From assembly GCA_963708025.1 (NCBI GenBank), contig CAVPSB010000034.1, positions 1 through 64,000 on the forward strand: DNA of 64,000 nucleotides. Reading direction: 5' to 3'. Under the pieces are notes generated by a model, which was not told the DNA's origin, did not search any database, and saw nothing but the letters and a program-made list of their open reading frames with translations. Below, piece by piece: positions 28,718 through 37,790 of the stretch; positions within the stretch are counted from its first letter, which is position 1, and every line of letters starts with the position of its first letter. The position numbers and the translations under genes were made by a program. This DNA comes from an uncultured Candidatus Rokubacteria bacterium (GTDB taxonomy: Bacteria > Methylomirabilota > Methylomirabilia > Rokubacteriales > DASRDR01).

Positions 28718-29557
28718 ATGCTGCGCCTCGACCTGTCCGACGGGCGCGGACGACCCAGGACCCGCCGGCCGCGATCCTCCCGTCGGCTCGCTCCGGTGCT
28801 CCTCCTCGCTGCCCTGCTCCTGCCCGCGTGCGCGTCAGCCCCCCCGCTCGATTCTCCCGGCGCCATCCGGCCGGCCGGTGCCCCGGCCTTCGTCCTCGAG
28901 CGGGACGTCTTCGCGTTTCCGAACCTGGTCCGCGCGGCGTCCCCCGATCGGACGGTCGGCTTCGCCAACTACTGCCTGGTCATGGCCCGGGGGGCCACCC
29001 AGTTCTTCCGCTTCGCGCGCTTCGACCCCGCCGCCCCCCCTGCCACGGATGCCGAGTACACGCGGTTGACCGCCGAGGTGATGCGGGTCCCGGCCTGGCA
29101 CGACCCCTGGCCGGCTGATCGTCGCATCGTGATCCCGGGCTACCCGGACCTCCACGCGCTGTCCCGAACGCGCGAGTCGGCCGTCAAGGCGGCGTTCGAC
29201 TCGAGCCTCCTCAGCATGTTGCACTGGCGGACGTGGCGCGTGGCGCTCCCGCTGTCGGCGGGTCACCAGGCCCGGCTCGCGCGTGAGCTGAGGGACGAGG
29301 TCCAGGCGGGGCGGCCGGCGCCGCTCATGCTCAGCAGCTTTCCCGTCGAGGACTACCTGAACCATGCGGTGCTGGTCTACGACTACCGGCCGAGCGGCGG
29401 GGCCGTCGAGTTCCTCGCCTACGACCCCAACGACCCGCCGAATCCCCTCGGCCTCCACTTCGACCCGGCCTCCCGGGGCTTCTGGGTCGAGCCGTTGCCG
29501 TACGGCCCACCGGGACGCGTCCGGGTCTTCCGGATCTACGCGTCCCCGTTCCTGTAG
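28718..29557 (+). CDS. Hypothetical lipoprotein with a papain-like Cys-His-Asp triad
   Basis: Lipobox LLLPAC; NYCLVMA, NHAVLVY, AYDPN in the order typical of C39/papain-like folds. Confidence 0.65.
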   Translation: MLRLDLSDGRGRPRTRRPRSSRRLAPVLLLAALLLPACASAPPLDSPGAIRPAGAPAFVLERDVFAFPNLVRAASPDRTVGFANYCLVMARGATQFFRFARFDPAAPPATDAEYTRLTAEVMRVPAWHDPWPADRRIVIPGYPDLHALSRTRESAVKAAFDSSLLSMLHWRTWRVALPLSAGHQARLARELRDEVQAGRPAPLMLSSFPVEDYLNHAVLVYDYRPSGGAVEFLAYDPNDPPNPLGLHFDPASRGFWVEPLPYGPPGRVRVFRIYASPFL

Positions 29558-29598
29558 GTCGTGGCCCGCCGGCCGCGCACGCTCTCCGAGCGGACGGC

Positions 29599-30549
29599 AT
29601 GAGCCTCGTCACGCCTCCCTGGGCCGGCTCGCCGCCGCCGCCGCCGGCCACGCCGCCCCGCTGGTACGCGCACTCGTACAACCGGCCGGGCTACTACCGG
29701 CTGGCGCTGGCGGCGGCGCCCCGGCTGCCCCGGCCGCTGCGCCGGTGGGTGGCGACGGGCGCCGTGCGACTGCTCAGGCGCAGGTTCGCCGCCGAGCGGG
29801 CGGCGGTGGGGCGCAACCTGGCCCGGGTTCACCCCGGGCGCGACGCCGCGTGGCTCGAGGGGAGCGTGCGGCGGGTGTTCGAGAATTTCGGCGTCTGCTT
29901 CGCCGACCTCCTGGCGCTCAACCATGGTCCGGCCGGCCGGCTGTGGGGTCACGTCGCCGGCACCCACGGCCAGGAGCACGCCGACCGGGCGCTCGCCGGG
30001 GGCGGAGGCGCCATCTTCATCACGGCCCACCTCGGCAACTGGCAGCTCGCCGGCCGCCTCCTCGGGACGTTCGGCCGGCGGGTGCACGTCGTCATGGCGC
30101 CCGAGCAGGATCCCGGCGTGGCGGCGCTGGTTCACGGGAGCGGCGAGACGGTCCGCTTCGTGCGCCGGGAGAGCCCGCTCGTCTCGGTGGGGCTGGTGTC
30201 CGCCCTGAGGCGTGGCGACGTCGTGGCCTTCCAGGTGGACCGGGCCACCGGGGAGCGCGGCGATTGCGCGGTCCCCTTCTTCGGGGCCCCGGTCCCGTTC
30301 CCGCTCGGGCCCTTCGTCATGGCCGCCGCCGCCTCCGTCCCGATCGTTCCCGCGTTCTGCATCCTCGAGCCCGGCGGGAACTACCGGCTCTACGTGGAGC
30401 CGATGCTGGAGGTGGCGCGCGGCGAGGAAATGCGCGGTCTCGGCTGCGCGGTGGCGCTGCTCGAGCGCTACGTGGCGACGTACACCGACCAGTGGTTCAA
30501 CTTCTTCGACGTGTGGGGTGAGACGGATGGGCCGGGCGCGCACGATTGA
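29599..30549 (+). CDS. Lysophospholipid/LpxL-like acyltransferase
   Basis: ITAHLGNW, ALRRGDVVAFQVDR, VPFFG..FPLGPF, QWFNFFDVW. Confidence 0.88.
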   Translation: MSLVTPPWAGSPPPPPATPPRWYAHSYNRPGYYRLALAAAPRLPRPLRRWVATGAVRLLRRRFAAERAAVGRNLARVHPGRDAAWLEGSVRRVFENFGVCFADLLALNHGPAGRLWGHVAGTHGQEHADRALAGGGGAIFITAHLGNWQLAGRLLGTFGRRVHVVMAPEQDPGVAALVHGSGETVRFVRRESPLVSVGLVSALRRGDVVAFQVDRATGERGDCAVPFFGAPVPFPLGPFVMAAAASVPIVPAFCILEPGGNYRLYVEPMLEVARGEEMRGLGCAVALLERYVATYTDQWFNFFDVWGETDGPGAHD

Positions 30550-31783
30550 GCCGATCGCGGTGACCGGCGCCGGCGTCATCAGCCCGATCGGCCAGGATCT
30601 CGACGCCTTCTGGGCCGGACTCGTCACCGGCACCAGCGGGATCGCCGAGATCGAGCGCTTCCCCGTGCGCGATCTGCGGGTGACCCGGGGCGGCGAGGTC
30701 AAGAAGCTCCCGCGCTGGCCTTCGGGCGAGGGGCGGCCGCCGGTCTGCCGCACCTCCCGCTTCCTGATCCACGCCGCCCACGAAGCGCTGGCGCACGCGG
30801 GTCTGGCGCGGGCGCGGCCCGAGCCATTTCGCCTGGCGGTGGTGGTCGGCACGGCGCTCGGCGGCATCGACGACGCGGGGCGGGCGCTCGCCGGGCATGG
30901 CGGTGTGCGGGCGCTGCTGGGCTCCCACTACGACGGACCGACCTGGAACCTCGCCCGCTGGCTCCGGGCCGAGGGCCCGGTGCTCACCGTCTCCACGGCA
31001 TGCGCCTCGGGGGCGAGCAGCCTCGGCATCGCCGCCGACCTCCTGCGCGCGGGCCGGGCCGACGTCGCCGTGGCAGGCGGGGCCGACGTCCTGTGCCGCT
31101 TCGTCCAGCGTGGCTTCAACGTGCTGCGGTCCCTGACGCGCGACGAGGTTCGGCCCTTCGACCGGCGCCGCAGCGGGATTCTCCTGGGCGAGGGCGCGGG
31201 GATCGTCGTGCTCGAGCGCCCGGCGGACGCGGCGACCCGCGGGCGGCTGCCGCTCGGCTTCCTCCTCGGCCACGCGAGCGTGGCCGACGGTGCCCACATC
31301 ACGGCGCCGGACCCCGAGGGCCGCGGTCTCGCGCTCGCCATCCGGGCTGCGCTGGCCGAAGCCGGGCTCGAGCCGGCGGCGGTGGATTTCGTGAGCACGC
31401 ACGGCACCGGGACCCCGGCCAACGACCGGGTGGAGACCGACGTGCTCGAACGGGTGCTCGGGCGGCGGGCGGCCGAGGTGCCCGTCAACTCGATCAAGGC
31501 CCACCTGGGGCACACCATGGGCGCGGCGGCCACGCTGGAGGCCATCATGTGCCTGCTGGCCGCGCGGCACGGCCAGATCCCGCCCACCCTGAACTACGGG
31601 GAGCCGGATCCGCAGTGCCACCTCGACTGCGTCCCGAACGAGGCGCGGCGGCATCGGCCCCGCGTGAGCCTCTCGACCTCGCTCGGCTTCGGGGGCTGTA
31701 ATGCGGCGCTAGTCCTACAGGGGGGGGAGTCCCAACCACTCCCCCCCCTGGACCCCCCCCACCTGGGGGTCGCTCGGCCATGA
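30527..31783 (+). CDS. Beta-ketoacyl-ACP synthase (active KS 1, FabF-like)
   Basis: TACASG, HGTGT, SIKAHLGHT, SLGFGG (Cys-His-His triad intact). Confidence 0.92.
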   Translation: MGRARTIEPIAVTGAGVISPIGQDLDAFWAGLVTGTSGIAEIERFPVRDLRVTRGGEVKKLPRWPSGEGRPPVCRTSRFLIHAAHEALAHAGLARARPEPFRLAVVVGTALGGIDDAGRALAGHGGVRALLGSHYDGPTWNLARWLRAEGPVLTVSTACASGASSLGIAADLLRAGRADVAVAGGADVLCRFVQRGFNVLRSLTRDEVRPFDRRRSGILLGEGAGIVVLERPADAATRGRLPLGFLLGHASVADGAHITAPDPEGRGLALAIRAALAEAGLEPAAVDFVSTHGTGTPANDRVETDVLERVLGRRAAEVPVNSIKAHLGHTMGAAATLEAIMCLLAARHGQIPPTLNYGEPDPQCHLDCVPNEARRHRPRVSLSTSLGFGGCNAALVLQGGESQPLPPLDPPHLGVARP

Positions 31784-31882
31784 CGGCGCCGTCGCCTGGA
31801 CCCCTCGGGACGTCCGTCCCTCCTGGTGGTCCCCCCCCTGGACCCCCCCGACCTTCGTCAGGGGGGGGTCGCTCGGCCATGA
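31720..31882. repeat. Family D G/C hairpins with a tandem duplication across the KS1 stop and next start
   Basis: CCCCCCCTGGACCCCCCC...GGGGGTCGCTCGGCCATGACG occurs twice (~31741-31785 and ~31831-31885). Confidence 0.75.
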
Positions 31883-32820
31883 CGACTATGACGGCCACGC
31901 GGCTGCCCGCGCCCCGCATCCGCGGGATCGGGCTGCTGACCGGCTGGGGCGAGGGCGTGAACGGACTGCCGCCCGAGCGCCCGGCCCCGCCGCCGGCGCT
32001 CCTGACCGTGCCGACCCCGAACCTGGCTGGCGAGCGCTTCCGGCGCGCCACCCGCCAGTGTCTCCTGGCGGCGGCGGGGGTCCGTGCCGCGCTGCAGGAC
32101 GCCGGTCTCGCCGAGGGCACGCTCGCCGGCGAGCGCACCGGCGTGCTGTACGTGACCGCGACCGCGTACGCGGGCGCCAACCGGGCGTTCCTCGAGGACG
32201 AGGGCTCGACGACCCTCCACTTCCCGTACACCGCACCGAGCGCGGTGCCGGGCGAGGTGACCATCGAGTTCGGCATCCGCGGCCCCTACGTCAACCTGAC
32301 GGGCGGGGGGCCTGCGGCGCTCCACGCGCTCTGGTATGCTGCGCGGTGGCTGACGGAGGGGGACGCCGATCGGGTGCTGGTCCTCGGCGTGGAGGCGGTG
32401 CACGAGGTCTGGGATCTCCTCGGGCGCGCCCGCCGGCTCTACGACCCGCCGATCGTCGAGAGCGCGGCGTGCCTGCTCCTGGAGCCGGGGTCCGGTCCCG
32501 AGCTGGCGTGGGCGTCCGCGACCATCTGGCGCCAGCGGCCAGACGAGGCCGTGGCCGCCGTGCTCGACGCCGTGGCTGCGGGCCGGGCGCCGCGGCTGAT
32601 CGCCGCCGGGGGGGCGCGCCGCGCGGGTCGGGCCGAGCGGGCGGCGCTCGCCAGTCGCGGGTGGGCCGGGATGGTGGTGAGCCCGCCCGGGGAAGCGCTG
32701 GCGTGCGGGCCGCTCTTCGGCCTCGCGCAGGCGCGGGCGCGCAGGGAGGTCGGGCCGGTCCTGCTGACGACCGGATGGCGCAACGACTACGGGGCCATGC
32801 TCTGGCCGATGGACGCGTGA
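31879..32820 (+). CDS. Ketosynthase-like chain-length factor (truncated, no catalytic Cys)
   Basis: IRGIGLLTGWG, FPYTAPSAVPGEVTIEFGIRGPYVNL, GGGPAAL at the catalytic Cys position; start 31879 or 31888. Confidence 0.75.
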   Translation: MTTMTATRLPAPRIRGIGLLTGWGEGVNGLPPERPAPPPALLTVPTPNLAGERFRRATRQCLLAAAGVRAALQDAGLAEGTLAGERTGVLYVTATAYAGANRAFLEDEGSTTLHFPYTAPSAVPGEVTIEFGIRGPYVNLTGGGPAALHALWYAARWLTEGDADRVLVLGVEAVHEVWDLLGRARRLYDPPIVESAACLLLEPGSGPELAWASATIWRQRPDEAVAAVLDAVAAGRAPRLIAAGGARRAGRAERAALASRGWAGMVVSPPGEALACGPLFGLAQARARREVGPVLLTTGWRNDYGAMLWPMDA

Positions 32821-32954
32821 GCGCGCTGCGACAATTCACTCCGCCGGTCCACCCCTCCCCCCAGCCAAAGGCTGAAGGCCGTCGAAGGGTGGGGGAAGGG
32901 GGCCAAAGGCTGAAGGCCGTCGAAGAATTGGGTGGGAGGGAGGTCCCGAACTGA
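32818..32954 (+). repeat. Repeat family A copy 5 (two M modules)
   Basis: CCCCTCCCCCC-[CAAAGGCTGAAGGCCGTCGAA]-GGGGGAAGGGGG-[same]-GGGTGGGAGGGAGGTCCCGAACTGA. Confidence 0.88.
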
Positions 32955-32956
32955 GG

Positions 32957-33235
32957 ATGGACGAGCGCGCGATCCTGGACGAGCTACGCGACCTCATCGT
33001 CAAGCGGCTCCGGTTCGACCCCAAGGTCATCGCCGCCGTGTCTCCCGAGACGCCGCTGCCCAAGGGGATCGAGGGAGCCCTCGGCCTCGACTCACTCGAC
33101 TTCATCGAGCTGTCGATCGCCCTCGAGGAGCGCTTCGGCGTGGTCGTGCAAGAAGGCGAGGCCGTCGAGGCGCACTTCGCGACGCTCGGCGCGCTGGCTC
33201 GGTTCGTGGCGGCGTCGCAGAGCCCCCCGGCGTGA
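32957..33235 (+). CDS. Acyl carrier protein
   Basis: LGLDSLDFIELSIALEERFG phosphopantetheine motif. Confidence 0.93.
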   Translation: MDERAILDELRDLIVKRLRFDPKVIAAVSPETPLPKGIEGALGLDSLDFIELSIALEERFGVVVQEGEAVEAHFATLGALARFVAASQSPPA

Positions 33236-33290
33236 GCGACCCGATACCACCGCCGCGATCGCCCACGGCATCCGACGGCGGGGCCGGCGT

Positions 33291-34508
33291 GTGAGCGAGG
33301 TTCTGATCACGGGACTCGGCGTCGCCAGCCCCTACGGGCTCGGGCGCCGCGCGTTCTGGGACGGCCTCGCCGCCGGCCGCTGCGGCATCGGCCCCATCAC
33401 GCTGTTCGCCACCGACGGCTTCCGGTCCCGCATCGCCGCCGAGGTGCCGGGCGACGTCCGCGTTCCGCGCGCCTCGGGCCGGCGATCCCGCGCCGATCGC
33501 CTCGCCATCGCGGCCGCCGACGAGGCGATCGCCGATGCCGGGCTCGACCGCGCGGCTCTCCGTCCCGCCGCCGTCGTCGTCGGGGGCATCGGCGGCGGAA
33601 TGCTGGAGGCCGAGGCGTGGTACTGGCAGCTCCAGCGGGAGGGGATCGACGACCCGCGCCAGCGCCGCGCCTTGCGCGCGATCCTGCCCACCGCCCACGC
33701 CGAGCTGCTGGCCCACCGCTACGGCACCACCGGTCCCAAGGAGACCGTCGTCCTCGCCTGCAGCTCCGGCGGGGCCGCCCTCGGGCTCGCGGCCGACCTG
33801 GTCCGGGCCGGCGTGACGCCGCTGGCGCTGGCCGGCGGGGTGGACGCCCTCACCCGCATCTGCTTCATGGGGTTCAACGCGCTGAAGCTGCTCGACCCCG
33901 AGCCCTGCCGGCCGTTCGCCCGCGACCGCCGGGGCATGTCGCTCGGAGAAGGCGCGGGCTTCGTCGTCCTCGAGGACGCCGCCCACGCGGCCCGACGGGG
34001 CGCCGTCCCGTACGCCGCGCTGGCGGGCTACGGCCTCACCACGGACGCCTACCACCTGACCGCGCCGCACCCCGACGCCGAGGGGAGCGTGCGGGCGATG
34101 GTGGAAGCCCTCGAGCAGGCGCGCGTCCCGGCCGGCGCCGTGGGCTACGTCAACGCCCACGGCACCGGGACCGTGCAGAACGACCGGGCCGAGGCCCTCG
34201 CCCTGCGGAAGGTCTTCGGGGCGGACGGACTCCTCGTGAGCGCGAACAAGTCGCTGATCGGCCACACGATGGCCGCGGCGGGCGCGCTGGAAGCCATCGC
34301 CACGGTCCTGACCCTCGTCCACGGGCTGGTGCCGCCGACCGCGCACCTCGCCGAGCCCGATCCGGAGATCCCGTTCGACTGCGTGCCGAACGTCGCCCGG
34401 CCGGCGCGGCTCTCGTGGGCCATGTCCAACTCCTTCGGCTTCGGCGGCCAGAACGTGAGCCTGCTCTTCCATCGAGCGCCGGATGGTCGGGGTCCCGATG
34501 ACGACTGA
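33291..34508 (+). CDS. Beta-ketoacyl-ACP synthase (active KS 2)
   Basis: LACSSG, NAHGTGT, KSLIGHT, SNSFGFGG. Confidence 0.93.
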   Translation: MSEVLITGLGVASPYGLGRRAFWDGLAAGRCGIGPITLFATDGFRSRIAAEVPGDVRVPRASGRRSRADRLAIAAADEAIADAGLDRAALRPAAVVVGGIGGGMLEAEAWYWQLQREGIDDPRQRRALRAILPTAHAELLAHRYGTTGPKETVVLACSSGGAALGLAADLVRAGVTPLALAGGVDALTRICFMGFNALKLLDPEPCRPFARDRRGMSLGEGAGFVVLEDAAHAARRGAVPYAALAGYGLTTDAYHLTAPHPDAEGSVRAMVEALEQARVPAGAVGYVNAHGTGTVQNDRAEALALRKVFGADGLLVSANKSLIGHTMAAAGALEAIATVLTLVHGLVPPTAHLAEPDPEIPFDCVPNVARPARLSWAMSNSFGFGGQNVSLLFHRAPDGRGPDDD

Positions 34509-35736
34509 GCGGGTGCCACGGGTGGCGGTGACCGGCGTCGGCACCGTGAGCGCTCTCGGCCTCGGTGGCGCGGCCATGCTCACCGCGGCGCTGGCCCGGG
34601 GCGAATCTGGCCTCCGGGCCATCCAGGCGTTCCCCACCGGGGACTCGCCGAGCCGCCTCGCCGGCGAGGTCGGCGACCTCACCCCGCACCTCGGTCCCGA
34701 AGAGGTCCGGCGCCTCGCCCGCGCGAGCCAGCTGGTCGTGGTCGCTTGCCGGCTCGCCCTCGCGGACGCCGGCCTCGAGCCGGGGGCGCTTTCGGGGCTG
34801 GGCCTGGTCCTCGGCTCCGAGTACGGCGACTTCCGGTCCTCGGAGGCCTTCGCCCTCGGCTACCTGCGGCGCGGCCCGCTGGGGCTCTCCCCCGTCATCT
34901 TTCCCAATACCGTGATGAACGCGATGGCCGCCAACGCCGCGATCGCGGTCTCGGCCCAGGGCCCGATGCTGACGGTGAACCAAGCCGGCATCGCGGGCGA
35001 GCTGGCGGTGGCCCGGGCGGTCGGGCTCATCACGAGCCAGCGGGCCTCGGCGGTGCTGGCGGGAGGTGTGGACGAGCTGTGCCCCACCCTCCATCGGGAG
35101 CTGGCGCGGCTCCAGGTGATGTCGCCCCGCGACGGCGGCCCGGAGGGCTGCTGGCCGTTCGACCGGCGCGCCAACGGGACGGTGGCGGGAGAAGGCGCGA
35201 CCATGCTCCTGCTGGAGGACGAGGCCGGCGCCCGCGCTCGCGGCGCCTGCGTGCACGCCCTGGTGGCGGGCGTCGCCTGGGGGAACCTTCCGGCGCGGCC
35301 TCACGGACTGCCGCCGCGGCGACGGCGGGAGCCGGCGGTCATCCACCGCGCGCTGGCCGCGGCGCGCGTCGGGGCGGCGGAGGTGGGCGCGGCCTACCTG
35401 ACGGGGACGGGCGATCCCGAGCAGGACGCCTGCGAGCTGGACCTGATCGGCGCCGTCTTCGACCCGATGCGCGGGAACGCGCTGCCGCTCACGACGCTGA
35501 CGCCGCTGGCCGGCGAGCACGCCGGGCTCGGCGGGCTCCGCGTCGCCGCGGCGGCCGTGACGACGATCGGCGAGGGCCGGCTGCCCGGGCTGCCCGATCT
35601 GGCGGCGCCGGTGCGCGCGGGATTCGCGTTCGCGACCGGGCCGGCCGGCCGGGTCCCGGCCGGCCGGGTGGTGCTCGTGCACGGCCTCGCGCGAGGCGGC
35701 GGTCACGCCGCCCTCGTGCTCGCCGCCGCGGCGTGA
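34498..35736 (+). CDS. Ketosynthase-like chain-length factor (full length, catalytically dead)
   Basis: FPNTVMNA, NQAGIAG (no Cys), YLTGTG (no His), CWPFDRRANG..GEGA. Confidence 0.85.
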   Translation: MTTERVPRVAVTGVGTVSALGLGGAAMLTAALARGESGLRAIQAFPTGDSPSRLAGEVGDLTPHLGPEEVRRLARASQLVVVACRLALADAGLEPGALSGLGLVLGSEYGDFRSSEAFALGYLRRGPLGLSPVIFPNTVMNAMAANAAIAVSAQGPMLTVNQAGIAGELAVARAVGLITSQRASAVLAGGVDELCPTLHRELARLQVMSPRDGGPEGCWPFDRRANGTVAGEGATMLLLEDEAGARARGACVHALVAGVAWGNLPARPHGLPPRRRREPAVIHRALAAARVGAAEVGAAYLTGTGDPEQDACELDLIGAVFDPMRGNALPLTTLTPLAGEHAGLGGLRVAAAAVTTIGEGRLPGLPDLAAPVRAGFAFATGPAGRVPAGRVVLVHGLARGGGHAALVLAAAA

Positions 35737-35741
35737 GGACC

Positions 35742-36494
35742 ATGCGGCTCGCCGCCGTCATCCCGGCGTTCAACGAGGCGGCGACGATCACGGCCGTCGT
35801 GGCGGGGGTCCGCGCCGCCTGCCCCACCGCGGCCGTTCTCGTGGTGGACGACGCTTCGACCGACGAGACCCCGGCCCGGGCTGCCGCCGCCGGCGCCAGC
35901 GCGGTGCTCCGGACGTCCCCCCGGGGCGGCAAGGGCGCGGCCCTGCGGGTGGGGTTCGCCGCCGCGCTCGCCGAGGGCGCGGAGCTGGTCGCCACGCTCG
36001 ACGCCGACGGCCAGCACGACCCGGCCGACCTGCCGCGTCTGCTCGCCGCCTGGCGCTCGGCGCCCGACGGCCTGATCATGGGCGATCGGCTCGCGCCGGG
36101 GTCCGGGGATCGGATCCCGGGCCTGCGTCTCGGCGCGATCCGCGCCGCCGACGTGGTTCTACGCTGGCTGGCGCGGACGGCGATCCGCGACAGCCAGTGC
36201 GGCTTCCGGGTCTACCCCGCCACGCTCCTCCGGGCGCTGCCGCTCTACCGGGAGGGGTTCGTCCTCGAGACCGAGGCTCTCCTCGGCGCGGCCCGCCTGG
36301 GGTACCGGCTCGTGTCGGTGCCCGTGCGCGCGATCTACCCCCCGGACCGGGCCAGCCGCTTCCGGGCGCTGGCCGACGGGACGCGGATCGGCTGGTATCT
36401 CGCGGGTGAAGTGACGCGTGAGCTGCCGGGTCGCTCCGTCACCGACGCGAGCCGCCGTCGGCTTCGCCAGCCGGCGGTCGCGCCGCCGGCGTAG
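35742..36494 (+). CDS. Glycosyltransferase family 2 (DPM-synthase-like)
   Basis: IPAFNEA, VVDDAS, GKGAAL, DADGQHDP, DSQCGFRVY. Confidence 0.92.
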   Translation: MRLAAVIPAFNEAATITAVVAGVRAACPTAAVLVVDDASTDETPARAAAAGASAVLRTSPRGGKGAALRVGFAAALAEGAELVATLDADGQHDPADLPRLLAAWRSAPDGLIMGDRLAPGSGDRIPGLRLGAIRAADVVLRWLARTAIRDSQCGFRVYPATLLRALPLYREGFVLETEALLGAARLGYRLVSVPVRAIYPPDRASRFRALADGTRIGWYLAGEVTRELPGRSVTDASRRRLRQPAVAPPA

Positions 36495-36506
36495 GAGGAG
36501 CAGAGC

Positions 36507-37790
36507 GTGGCCGACGGCATTGCTCCGCGCTACGACGTGCTGGTGGTCGGGGGCGGCCCCGCGGGCTCCACCGCCGCGACCGTGCTGGCCCGCGCGGGGC
36601 TCGCCGTCGCCTGCTTCGAGCGCGAGCGCTTCCCGCGCTTCCACATCGGGGAGTCGCTGCTGCCGGCCTCGGTCCCGCTGTTCGACCGGCTCGGGCTCAC
36701 GCCGCGCATGGAGGCGGCCGGCTTCATCCGGAAGAATGGTGCGGCGTTCATCGACGAGGCGGATGGGCGCCAGATCGTCCTCTTCTTCCGGCGAGGCCCG
36801 CGCTGGGCCGATCACGCCTACAACGTCCCGCGCGCCGACTTCGACCGGCTGCTCCTCGACCACGCCGCCAAGGAGGGCGCGGCGGTCTTCGAGGGAGCCG
36901 AGGTCGAGCGGCTCGCCATCGAGCCGGACCGGGTGCGCTGCGAGGTGCGGACCGACGACGGGGGGCGCTACCCGGTGGAGGCGGCGTTCCTGGTGGACGC
37001 CACCGGGCGCGACAGTCTGCTGGCGCGCCAGATGGGGCGCCGGGAGCCGCTTCCCAGCCTCGGGAAGGCCGCCCTCTTCGCCCACTATCGCGGTGGCGAG
37101 CGCTGGCCGGGGCGCACCGAGGGCCACATCCGGATCTACCTCTTCGAGCACGGCTGGTTCTGGTGGATCCCGTTCGCGGACGACCTGACCAGCATCGGCT
37201 GCGTCCTCCACCAGAAGGTGATGCAGGCGCGCCAGGTGCCGATCGAGGAGCTCTTCGCCGACATGATCGCGGCGGCACCGAGCGTGGCGGCCGGGCTGGC
37301 CCGCGCCACCCGCGTCACCTCCGTCTACAGCACCGCCAACTTCTCCTACCGGACGACGCCCCTGGTGGGCGACCGCTTCGTCGTCGTGGGAGACGCCGTC
37401 ACCTTCGTGGACCCGATCTTCTCCACCGGCGTCCTCGTCGCGATGCAGTCGGCGGAGCTGGCCGCCGGGGTGATCGCCGACGAGGTCCGGTCCGGCGATT
37501 TCCGCGCCGCCCGCTTCGCCCGCTACCGCCGGCGCGTCCAGCGGGGCACCGAGCTGTTCTTCCGCCTGATCGACCGCTACTACGAGCCGGCGTTCATGGA
37601 CGTCCTCCTGGCCCCGAGCCCGCCGCCGATCCTCCGGGACGCCGTGCTGACCGTGCTGGCGGGCGGCGCCTTCCTGCGGCGACCGCTCTGGCTCCGGCTC
37701 CGGCTGGCCGCCGTCACCCTGAACACCTGGATCGAGCGGCGCCGCCGGCTGCGGCGCGGGCTGCCGGTCGAGTCGCGCCTCACGTGGTGA
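36507..37790 (+). CDS. Flavin-dependent halogenase-like oxidoreductase
   Basis: GGGPAG, RFHIGESLLP, FIRKNG, WFWWIP (WxWxIP), FSY, GDAVTFVDPIFSTGV. Confidence 0.8.
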   Translation: MADGIAPRYDVLVVGGGPAGSTAATVLARAGLAVACFERERFPRFHIGESLLPASVPLFDRLGLTPRMEAAGFIRKNGAAFIDEADGRQIVLFFRRGPRWADHAYNVPRADFDRLLLDHAAKEGAAVFEGAEVERLAIEPDRVRCEVRTDDGGRYPVEAAFLVDATGRDSLLARQMGRREPLPSLGKAALFAHYRGGERWPGRTEGHIRIYLFEHGWFWWIPFADDLTSIGCVLHQKVMQARQVPIEELFADMIAAAPSVAAGLARATRVTSVYSTANFSYRTTPLVGDRFVVVGDAVTFVDPIFSTGVLVAMQSAELAAGVIADEVRSGDFRAARFARYRRRVQRGTELFFRLIDRYYEPAFMDVLLAPSPPPILRDAVLTVLAGGAFLRRPLWLRLRLAAVTLNTWIERRRRLRRGLPVESRLTW

